Assembly: GCA_000165425.1 (NCBI GenBank)
Contig: CT868152.1
Span: forward strand, 372,001 to 436,000
From: Paramecium tetraurelia
Lineage: Eukaryota
Direction: 5' to 3'
Length of the DNA: 64,000 nt
Position numbers and translations under genes: made by a program. Shown in pieces: positions 53,625 through 64,000 of this stretch; the stretch's first letter is position 1, and every line of letters begins with the position of its first letter. The notes beneath the pieces are model-generated. The model did no database searches and was not told where the DNA came from. It saw nothing but the letters and a program-made list of their open reading frames with translations.

Positions 53625-54387
53625 TAGGTAATTTTATTCTTATTTATATTTGTAATGAATAGATAACTATTCTTAATATTTATTTATTTTTTAATCTTTA
53701 TTGTTAATTTTAATTCTGCATATTGATCACTTATTTTAAGCAATCAAAGTCATTTCATATTGAAAGCAGATGAATTGCATTATGTGTCTAATAAGTGATA
53801 TTCAAATATAAGATTATGAATTAAAATTGTAATTATAAAGAATAATAGTCATTGTTATTTAACTGGATTCTGTTGCGGCTATGAAAATATTTTAGTAATA
53901 AATTAGAGTAATCTGATATTAAAGGACAATATTATAAGAGTTATATTTTTCAAAAGTTCAAAAAAGTAATAGATGCCATTTTTTTTCTGAAGTTCACAAA
54001 ATTCTAGAATAAATGATTTTTCTTACAATCATAAAGGTTCCTACTTAGCATAAGGACAGTTTCACATAGAGCAATCATTTAAATATAAATAATTTTGAAA
54101 GCTAAGAATAAGTTAAAGAGTAATTCTTCCATGTTTTTTGGATAATATTAGATCTTCTGTGGTTCTTATTTTTATTCTTATTTATTCTGTATCATTTTTT
54201 AAATTGCTAAATCAGATAATTTAGATGGTTATCCAAGTTGCATCTACTTCAAGCTGACCATTATTAATTGGAATTATTTAATATATAAATTTGTACAAAT
54301 ATTTATTATTCCATATGTGTGTTTATTGGACTAAGAAATTGTCAGAAAAATATAATTCAAAATGTTTTAATATCTTTTTATTTCTAA

Positions 54388-55903
54388 TCATTTTGTCTCA
54401 CTTTACACTTCCCAATAATATCCTGAATTCTTTTCATCAATTTTTTGATCTTAGCCTACCCAATAATAATCAGCATTGGAATCTGGAAATTGTACTTCAT
54501 CAGGCTATTAGAGCAGAGGGTCTTTCAAGTCTACTACCACTTCAGTATTATCATCCATGTCATCAGCTGGATGTTGAATGGCCCAAATCTCAATAATCTT
54601 GATTTTGAGTTTCTTAACATAAGGAAGTACAATGGGACCATTCTCATAAGTATCATCAAATTGATTGCAATATGAATTTTCAATGTTCTTGTCAATCCAA
54701 ATTCTGCATCCTTCACCATTCTTACCTCCAAAGCCAAAACCCTTTTAAGAATCTAAATAGCAATAATTTTATTCTCCTTTTTTTGCCTTAAATATCTTGT
54801 AATAGGGATAGAGACTAAAAATACAATCATCTTTAGTTCCAAAATATTATTAAGTGTCATACCATTTTAAATTGGTAATAGCACCAAAAGTCTATTATTT
54901 CACTTTTTAATCATAAGTTTCCTCATGCTAAACCAATAGTAATGTAGGTAATTTACTATCTAAATATTATAAATGCTCAGAGATTACCTTTCATAGCTTG
55001 AATCATTTAATTAAAACCCCCTTGATGTGCAACACTTGAATACAGTAATGACAATTGTGAACAATTCTTTAAGACTGAATTTGTACTTAGAAATAATTGG
55101 AAACACAATTCATCAGTCAAGAAATACGATGGAGTATTCACAACAGGAATAAAATTCTAATGGTTATTTTTAAATTTACATTGATTTGCTTCCCCATAAA
55201 TTTTGCTTAAAAGTATAGTTTAATTGCTTCTTTCGTGCCTGGCATTTATTTTGTAACAAAGTCTACCAAACTAACCCAAGAAAATGAACCGGCTTCATTT
55301 TCTAATATAATTTTTTAGAGTTTTACTATAAAGCATATCAACCAATGTCTTGATGTACCTCTCATTCGTAGAAACTGCTTTTTTACCTATTTGATGCATC
55401 TTTATTAAATCCTTATGTATACTATCACTAATTACTTTAATCACTCCAATTGTATCTAAGTAAGTTAATTGTAGTTATGCTAATTCCTCCTTGGTTGTCA
55501 AAAACTTTGAATCCTATAAGGAAATTAACGACACGAGTTCAAATCTCTCTAGGTTCTTAAATGTGGGAATATTAGTTTGGACATCCTTCACCAACAATTC
55601 CACTTTTAATTAGATGAGAAATTACAAAATTCGAACAAAGGCTCCTTCTTAATCAATCCTGGGGATCCGGAATACGCTTCTAAAAATCTGAACAATTTAA
55701 TTCCATAAGTTGGGTTTTCACAGAAAATATCTTCGAATGATTTTTAGTTCAATCCTTTGGCATCACGTGTTCTTAAATATTCTTTTAAATTACTAGCTGC
55801 TTAATTCACAATAATAGTGGAACTGATTATTAAGTGCTTAATATTCTGCTTAATCAAAAGCCAATGGTACCGGATCCTTTCGACTCCCATAACAATTACC
55901 CAT
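54388..55903 (-). CDS. N-myristoylated TLDc-domain protein (MEAK7/TLDC1-like)
   Basis: MGNCYGS start; LSLLYSSVAHQGGFNQM...YCYLDSQKGFGFGGKNGEGCRIWIDKNI...DTYENGPIV...IEIWAI (TLDc). The ORF-track entry at 54534-54737 is off-frame. Confidence 0.83.
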
Positions 55904-56301
55904 TTATTTAAATAATATATAAATAAAACGATAATATATATAAATTTTATTTAATGTATGTATTTTCTTGCCGATTAGAAAATCAAATTAATAAAATTCT
56001 TGTTTGATAAACTAATGGAAGATCCAAAAGTGGCTTCATATTTATTATCTCATCTGTGGATTGATTAAAAAAAATACCTAGTCCTTTCAATTTTATCATT
56101 ATATTTTAATAAAATAAGATTTCATAATAGTATTATTCTTCTTTGGATCAATCAAACAAATTTAAATATTTTTATTTTGAATTACAAAAATGGATTCTAA
56201 ATAATTTATGATTTATCATTCATTTCTTTTGGGTCAAAATTAAATATTGATAAAATAAGTTATTTCAAAATATATTGATAAAAATTGGATGAATAGAAAA
56301 T

Positions 56302-58378
56302 TCATAATTGATCATTTTCCCATCTTCTAGCAAATAAAATAGGATCGTTAAATTGCTTTAAGTTTTCTTTGATTACTTCCTAAATAATTAGTAGATCTTT
56401 TGACAATAATTATTAATTCACAACTGATATATTACTTTATATTTATTATGAAAACCCTTTTGTAAATTATTCCAGATTGTTATTTAAGTATTAGTTAAAC
56501 TTTCGATCATGATGATTGTATAGTAAAGGGCTGACTTTCTCAAAGTATTTTTGAAAATTATCTATCAAACATTACAATTCTTCCTATATTTGAGAAGGAC
56601 AGTAATTCTTTATTGCATAAGCTTTTACTACCAATAGTTTTCTTAATAAGAAATAGCATTTCTGTTTATCTTCAGTGTTAATGGACTAAAATTATTTTAA
56701 AGCTTAATTTAGATATATCAAAAATTTATATGTAGGGCGAATTGTAGCTGTTAAAGACTCTACTGCTGCTTTGTATTTTTCTTTATCCTTTTAAGACTTA
56801 TTATTTTGCACATCAGTTTACCTATTAATAGATATTTCAGTTTTCACTCTTTATTTTAGATATTCTTTTTTTTTCTAAGGCTATTCATTTAACTTAGTTG
56901 AGAAATTTTAAAAATCTGTTAAAGACTAAGTAGTGGGAGTCTTTCTTTATTTTAATGGAGATTCAATTTAATTTCGAGGTTGTTTAATATGGATGGGTGA
57001 AGTTCCTTAATTTCTATTTGTAAATGTTTCAGTTATTTTTGGAGTAATTAAAGGAGAATTAGAATTCATCTGATTTTATGATTAGCAATTAGAAATTTGA
57101 TTATTTTTAATTGTATCATTAGTGCTATTTGGATTACTATGTTAAGGTGTATCACTATTTTCAGATGACGCTTAATTGAGATTAGCGTTTTAACTTGTGA
57201 TCTACATTGATTAAACCATTGGAATTTTGATTTATATCTTCTTTTTAGATTAATCTTTTATCTATATGGGAGATAGTTAAAATTTAAACTGGTAGTCCTC
57301 ATTATTACATAATGGATTTTATTTAATTTTATTTAATTCAAGTGTATGATATTCAAGATTATTATGAAATGAGAATGGTTCTGTTTCTTAATTAATATCA
57401 ACAGATTCATCTGGCATTGTTTTTAAGATTTTTTGCGAATTTTCAAAATTATCCTTATCACCAATATCATATCCACTTAACTTGCGTATGACTTTAAAGG
57501 GCATGTTTTTATGAGAATTATTGCATTTCAACTTTTTCGAGTGATTTAAAATGGATATAATTCCATCAATACTAATCCTCTTTTTCGGATCAATTTCTAA
57601 TACACCTAAAAGAATGTTCTAGATTTTTTTGATCAAAGCCTTATCGTTCATAATTTTCTAATGTATCTACTATTACTTACCGTATAGATCTCCATCTTAC
57701 TTTAGGTTAAATGGAATTTCCTTATATACCATTAAGTAAAGAACTACCCCTAAAGACCATATGTCTGACTTTTCTGAGTAGCAGTTGGACTAAACTGTCT
57801 CTGGTGCCATGTAGACTGGAGTTCCAACACTAAATCTTTTGACTATACTCTCGAAATCATTTTCAAATATAGCAAATCCAAAATCTGATAGTTTATAAAT
57901 TCCATCGGATCTTAGTATATTCGCAGGTTTTATATCTCTGTGAATGATTTCTAAAATGATATAAGAATAAGGTGTTACTTTGTTCATGGAGCGCTTTGAC
58001 TCCCTTAGCTATTTGGAGGAAAACATTAAGGATTTCTACTTAAGTGAAAGCTGTTTTTTCTAAAATGTTAGCCAGATCACCATCTCTACAATATTCACAA
58101 ACGATGTAGGTGTTATTTTTAGTTTCAAAAATCTCGTATACTTTCATCAAATTCTCATGTTCTAATTGTTTTAGAATTTTGATCTCATTTTTTAAAAGGG
58201 TTTGAGAAATTGGAGTTGTTAAGGTGGAGAAATTTATAACCTTTATGGCAACTACTTAACCGGTGTAAATATTAATGCCCTTGTAAACAGATGATGAATA
58301 GCCTTCTCCCAAGATGTCATTAAGGAAGTAGGAATATTTTTGGACTCTTTTTTGAATTTTTTATTTAACTTCAATCAT
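56302..58378 (-). CDS. ULK/ATG1-family-like Ser/Thr kinase
   Basis: YSYFLNDILGEGYSSSVYKG, VAIK, YIVCEYCRDGDL, HRDIKPAN, SDFGFA and VGTPVYMAPE, then an S/T/P-rich linker and a helical C-terminal domain. Confidence 0.88.
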
Positions 58379-58509
58379 TCTATTTTAGGCTCAATTTAAA
58401 TTGAAATAAAAATTATTTTGATGTCTAATTCATAAGAGGATAAATAATTCTTCTTAAAGATAATAGAAAATATAGTCATTCTAAGTGTTGTTTATTATTA
58501 ATTTTATAA

Positions 58510-58934
58510 ATGAATGCCCAAACAAAATCATCATTTAAAGAGCGTCACACATTAGAAGAAAGAATTAAGTTGTATTAGACCAAACAATTAGCTTACCCTT
58601 CGAAAATATTAATAATCTTAGAACAATTTATTGATTCCTCATCTACTTCCTAGTTGTAATAATAACATATAATTAAGAGATGCGCAGCTGATCCAGAGTA
58701 ATTAATGGTAACTTTTGAGGGAGACATTAGTTTATTATTCAAAAAGAAAATTCCAAAAGCTTAGCACATTTCACTTTTCTTCTTTATCAACAACGTTCTC
58801 CCCTAAAAAGGTAAATAATGAGTTTTATGAAATAAGATTAAACTATGGGATAATTGTAAAAAAAAATGTAAGATTAAGAGGACGGATTCTTATATATTCA
58901 AGTAAAGTCTTTGGAAACTCTAGGATCACTTTGA
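58510..58934 (+). CDS. ATG8: Divergent ATG8/GABARAP-family ubiquitin-like protein
   Basis: SFKERHTLEERIKLYQTKQLAYPSKILIILE...SLFFFINNVLPQKDQTMGQLQKKMQDQEDGFLYIQVKSLETLG-SL. One 26-nt intron at ~58811-58836. Confidence 0.85.
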
Positions 58935-58987
58935 GATGAACTTTTAAATTATATTTTTAAACTAATAATAATAGAAAAACAAAAAAT

Positions 58988-59506
58988 TCAATAATCATCC
59001 TGATCAAAAGAGAGTATTGTTGGTTTATTGGTCTTCTTTACAATTTCATCTATTTTTGACTTCTTTACTAAAGTAGGTTTCTACGTTTATGACAATTTAG
59101 CAAATTATTTTTTTAATTCTTCTTCTTTTTTCTCCCTTCCAGTTTCTTCTTCTTACTTTCCTATCACAGACTTAATGTTTTTTTCTTTTTGATCAATAAT
59201 CTTTTATTTCTTGGATCCCACATATTCAGGCTTGAATTTGGTCATATTGAATTCAAGATTGCCATCATTTCCATTTCCATCAATAACCTGAGCATTTTCT
59301 ACATCATAGTTATCCTCATCATCACTCTATTACACAATAAGTGGATCATTATTGTTATTTCTAACTTTCTTTTAAATTTTATCTTCTATCTTATAATCCT
59401 AAGCATCTATGTTGCTACCACCATTGACTCTCATCCTGAATTGCTCAATAAACTTCACTTGAGGCTTTTCAAATTCTAAATCAATTCTTTGATTTTTCTT
59501 TCTCAT
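58988..59506 (-). CDS. DUF4604 / KIAA1143-like small hydrophilic protein
   Basis: N-terminal FEKPQVKFIEQFR and C-terminal ILSFDQDDY fit the family pattern as I recall it. Confidence 0.55.
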
Positions 59507-59652
59507 ATTATTTTTTAAAAAATATTTTAGTATTAAATATATTGTAATTATTATCTTTTTCATAGGAAGTTATTCATTAAATCATATTTACAATTAATAT
59601 AATATAAAGATGCAATAGATTACTTATTTTTCTCGTTATATAAAAAAAATAA

Positions 59653-60550
59653 TCATTTCTATGTGTCTATGAAAACATAGTTTTTATTTAATTTTTCTAT
59701 ATCTTTCTCCAACAAAGCCAATTCTTTTTCGCATTGCTCCTTTCTAATAGAGTAGATTCAATATTTACTTTCTTTTCAACCCAACAGTATCAATCATTCT
59801 GATATGAGTAATTGATTAATATTCCTTATTCACAGATTCCCATTTCCTCTTCAATCCTAATTTTAAACGTTCTACTTCTTCAGGAGTCATCAAATATTTT
59901 TATTTGTCCCTCTCCTCTGCCTCATTCATGTGCATATTTCTTATGATTTCATATTCATTATTGATGCTGCTTTAGATTTTAGTTAAATAATCTGGTACTT
60001 TTCCATAATCTTTTTTTTCAGTCCAAGCTTTCTCTTCTGTAATTTATTTGGGAGCTGAAAGAATATTTTCAACTGCATTTGTAACAATAAAATTCTTATT
60101 TGATTTGAGTCCATGAATTGGTTTTTCATCTTTTTTTGGAACTGCCGCCTTGCATGATTGTGGATACTTGAATGATTAAACTATCCCTTAAAAATAGACT
60201 ATTACTCTCAGGCAATTAATTGGATCCCATTGTTCCAGTATTCTTCAACCTAAACATTGTAGAATCAGGCTTGTATGAACCTTGCTCTATATTATTAATT
60301 ACCCTTAGGTTTTCCAAGAGAATGCGATTGTCCCTTGTGAGTGTGAGGCCCTTTTACCAAATCAAAATCTCCATTTATGTTGTTCACCTAAATATTAATG
60401 AATAGCAACTTTAGGTCGACTGGTTGTATGATTGTTGAAGGTGCTGGCTGTTGGTACCAAACCATTTGGATAAGCTGATCTATACATTGGTTCCTTAGGT
60501 GGAGGCACATACTCCTTGGGAATCAAATTATATATGCTTTCCTGTTACAT
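59653..60550 (-). CDS. ENKUR: Enkurin (axonemal microtubule inner protein)
   Basis: MQQESIYNLIPKEYVPPPKEPMYRSAYP...KNFIVTNAVENILSAPK...KDYGKVPDYL...LKLGLKRKWE. Confidence 0.9.
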
Positions 60551-61135
60551 TTATTTTATTTTAAATCTCTTTAATTTAATTTTCTACAATGCCTTATTTA
60601 TCCAAATTTACGTATTTTCAAAAGAATTAAGAGGAAACCATGTTATGGATTTCTTAAATTATATAAGAATATTCAATATATGATGAACTTGATTTAAATG
60701 ATAATCATTATTTCCAAAATATTTTTGGTAGGCTTTGGAAATATTATAAGCCACTTAAATCAAAGTAAGTTTTTCTCTCCTATCTGATTTCCTTAAGTTT
60801 CTCCAAGAATACTTAAATTAAGCCTTCTACTTAGTTAAATATTGTAAAACTTATGATTAAAACAATAAATCATATTAAGTACAAATAAGAGGAGATTGTT
60901 GATACAACAACTTACTTTTGGTATTTACTGCGGTGTTTTTAAATATAGTTTATTTCTTACTATGAGTATTTGATAAAATAGAGGAATAGAGGGATTGAAT
61001 TTTGAGGACAACTTTCCCCTAATAAAAAAGATATGGGGAAGTAAGATTTGGTATTTTTGATAAGAAAAATTAAAATAAGATAAAAAGTGTTTGCAAGGGA
61101 TGTAATTTATTTAGTTATAATAAAATTATATTTAT

Positions 61136-62476
61136 ATGGGTTCGTGCAATTAATGCGTTTAAAGGCAAGAACCTTAGTAATAAGTAACCGTATAGTACAA
61201 TACTGTGAATTTATAACAGCACAATCATTAAATGGCGATAAGAATTTAGACAGCATATCGAGCATATATTTGTCGATAGATATTTAAGTAAGTGTTTAAG
61301 TGTGAGGAGTAGATAAGAATTGGCGAAGAAAAGATCAATGAATCAAAAGAGAAGTAATTCAACTGATGACTGTTTAATCGATCATCGTACAAACTCCTAT
61401 TCACCAAGAGTGAATCCTCATGATGGCCGTAATGTGTTGCCTATGATCGACTAAAATGCCAAAAGGAAGAGTCTTTCTCATTTTGGAAGGGAGCATAGTG
61501 CAAAATTATAGCCAAAGGAATCAGATTCTCTGGATGATGGCCAATCTGATTAAGTTGAGCAAACTCCATTATAATAGAGTTCGTCTCCTCCAAACAAATC
61601 TTTGCGGTCCTCATTGAACCAATCTAAGAAAATTCAATCGTTCAGATTTCGATGTGTGTTGACTCATGAAATATTGGAACCTCGGGATAAGATTAAAATA
61701 TAAACAAAAAATACAAGAATAAAGTTGGATGCTATCAAGTTAGTAGGAGGAAACATTTATATTGGAGAATGGTTGGATTAGGTGCCAGATGGCAAAGGAA
61801 AATATACTTTCTCTGATTAATCCTTTTACTAAGGTGAATTCAGTAAGGGTTGTTTACATGGTCGAGGGGAGTTCAAGAGCAAGGAGGGCAATACATATAG
61901 AGGACAATGGCATAATAATAGAATGTAAGGCTAAGGGATTTACACATACAATAATGGTTGTAAATACGAAGGTATTATTTGTTAGAGACTTTTAGGCAAT
62001 TGGGAGAGAGATCTACCCAACGGAGAAGGAATGGAATGGTATGCCAATGGATCTGTCTATGTGGGGAGCTTTTAGAACGGAGAAAAACATGGACTAGGAA
62101 AAATCACTTTCATCACTGGTGAGGTCTATGAAGGAGAGTTTGAGTTTGATGATTTTAATGGCAGAGGAGTTTATGTAATTTTGACAGTAGATTTATCTAG
62201 AGATGGCAAGATGGTAGAGTATATGATGGAAATTGGATTGATGGCAAAATGAATGGAAAAGGTAGGTTGACTTGGCCTGATGGAAGATATTATGAGGGAG
62301 AATATATAAATGATAAAAAAAATGGTTTTGGAATATTTCTATTTGCTGATGGTCGTAAGTACATAGGGTTATGGAAACAAGGACTGTAACATGGAGAGGG
62401 TGAATTCTTTAAAGGTCTAGGGCAAGAATCTACCAAAGGCATTTGGAAACATGGAAAACTAGTTAAACTTCTATGA
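61136..62476 (+). CDS. Acylated IQ-motif + MORN-repeat protein
   Basis: MGSCNQC start, IQ motif [15 protein letters not shown], a 25-nt intron at ~61288-61312 that restores frame, and about 8 YxGxWxxGxxxGxG MORN repeats. Confidence 0.88.
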
Positions 62477-62844
62477 TCTTAACTGCTATAAATTTTTCTT
62501 CTTTTTTATTATATTGAGAATCTATTTTTGTATTAAATCACTTAAGAGTTGTTACTCTCTTTAAATACATCCTTTATTTATGTTCATTTCAATAATCATA
62601 AGTTAAGTCGACTTTAGAATAATAGAATTTTTTTTATTCTAATTTATTTTGCTATGTGATAAATGGTTGTTCTTTCCCAAAGCGTAACTAACATATGTCT
62701 ATTATCAATTATGTATGGATAAAATATTGAGTATACAAATTTTACATATAAAGGCAGTTTTGATTAAACAAAAGAACAATGAAACCATGAAAGTTTATGT
62801 ATATTATTATATTATCATGTTAATAATTTTCCCAAATTGATTTC

Positions 62845-63540
62845 ATGAGTGTTCCAATTATTACCTAGTTTATTAATGTAACCCTAAGACGAGACTTCTA
62901 ACTTAGTTGTTCAAATTCAAGAGGAATGCAAAATTGAGATTGATTTCACATAATAAAGAAGAGAGCATTACAATGTATTATCAAAGCGAGAAAAAGATTA
63001 AGCAGTATAAATGCTTGGACCTAATCCTTTGTATGATGATTTTAAGAGGGTAAGCTAGGCAGTTGGAACTACCATAAAAAACCTTAAAAGATGGAAACGT
63101 TGTGGTACGGAGAGAAAAAAAGGTTGCGGTCGTAAAAAGCTTAATCCTCATGCTGAGAAGTAATTGATTGAATGGGTTATACAGAGAGTTCACTCAACAG
63201 GCCGAAAGATCTCCAGACAGGAATTAAGATGCAAGGCTCTATAATTATTCAAAAATCAACATTTTTGTGCATCCAAGGGATATCTGGATAAATTTGTTAA
63301 ATCCTACTAATTAAAACAAAGGATGAACGAGTAATATATAATATATATAAGGATAGGATCTTAAAAAGCATTGGAAAATTAAACACTAAGAACTTCTCTA
63401 AAAATCTATAATAAAATGACATCAAAATTGAGGAAGAACCACAAGCAGATACAGTTAAAAAAGAAGAAGAAGATGATATCAAAATAGAAAATCTTAGTTT
63501 ACAACCCAATAAAAGTTGCTCAGCATTTTAAACCTAATGA
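62845..63540 (+). CDS. CENP-B / Tc5-type HTH DNA-binding protein without DDE domain
   Basis: VGTTIKNLKRWKRCGTERKKGCGRKKLNPHAEKQLIEWV...ISRQELRCKALQLFKNQHFCASKGYLDKFVKSY. Stops after ~220 aa; one short intron. Confidence 0.82.
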
Positions 63541-63859
63541 ATTTGTTTTATATATTGTTATATATCTCATTATTGTTTCTTTAAAGAAAAAAAAATTGTA
63601 TTATTTTTTACTTTAATTTAAGCCTTGAATTTTCTTTTATAAAATGTCAATCAATAATTAAAATATTTACTAGCAATGTAATTGGTTGAGATCAAATTCA
63701 CAATCTGAAATCCATTTTAGAGATTGGATCAGCTTTAAATAATTTACTAGCTTTGGGCTAATATGATAAATAGATTGGGCAAATAAAACTAAAATTTTGA
63801 TGTAATCTAAATAGTCAATATTATGAGTTTATAATATTATTATTAATATTTTGATTAGA

Positions 63860-64000
63860 TCAATCAGTAACAGTGGCAAAAGTCTTATAAATTTGAATAT
63901 CAGTCAAATTACGACTGTGCCTTGCAACACTCTATCTTTTTAATTTGTCAGCTAATTTAACTTTTTCACTCTCTTTTTTGATCTATTCAACTTATTATTT
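63860..64000 (-). CDS. 3' end of a gene starting beyond the window
   Basis: Open frame QVEQIKKESEKVKLADKLKRQSVARHSRNLTDIQIYKTFATVTD-TGA. Confidence 0.55.

Noticed and set aside
1847..61160. Apparent cluster of MG-start (myristoylation) genes plus a DHHC enzyme
   Set aside because: The genes are scattered over 60 kb and such N-termini are common in ciliate signalling proteins, so there is no evidence of a functional cluster.
62665..62790. 9-bp inverted repeat (TTGTTCTTT / AAAGAACAA) as a TIR of the Tc5-like gene
   Set aside because: Both arms are upstream of the gene, short and low-complexity; they do not flank it.
1..64000. Supplied ORF track suggesting many short genes or pervasive pseudogenes
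   Set aside because: It treats TAA/TAG as stops and ignores ~25-nt introns. Many entries are antisense or off-frame shadows, e.g. 7256-7462, 54534-54737 and 58715-58939.
1..64000. tRNA/rRNA genes, telomeric repeats, retained IESs, CRISPR arrays
   Set aside because: No cloverleaf/T-loop signature, rRNA-like GC-rich block, telomeric repeat run or spaced direct-repeat array was seen. No TA-bounded insertion was needed to restore any intact gene.

Overview
Very AT-rich, gene-dense eukaryotic DNA from a ciliate macronuclear chromosome, almost certainly Paramecium (aurelia-type). Genes read through only with the ciliate code (TAA/TAG = Gln, TGA = stop) and carry tiny 20-30 nt GTA...AG introns, so the supplied standard-code ORF track shows only fragments. 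I reconstructed about 33 protein genes by hand. They include mitochondrial EF-Ts, an E2F/DP-family factor, an HTH factor, Ku70, AGC, GSK3-like and ULK-like kinases, an Elongin C-like protein, a DHHC palmitoyltransferase, CBP80, RING-CH and MGRN1/LOG2-type E3 ligases, a large secreted protein with 4 repeats, presequence protease, an FHA/SAM/PP2C phosphatase, a TLDc protein, a divergent ATG8, enkurin, an IQ-MORN protein and a CENP-B/Tc5-type HTH protein. There are also several decaying pseudogenes (LRR, CDPK, MFS) and a 150-N assembly gap. Most notable: (1) a 106-nt intron in the DP gene, about 4x normal length, holds a canonical E2F site, suggesting an autoregulatory loop; (2) Ku70 has RG repeats where the SAP domain usually sits; (3) a ULK-like kinase and an atypical ATG8 sit head-to-head 131 bp apart; (4) a two-TM protein has DEG/ENaC-like topology. 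All coordinates and translations were done by eye; no database searches were run. No tRNA, rRNA, telomeric repeat, intact transposon or CRISPR array was seen.
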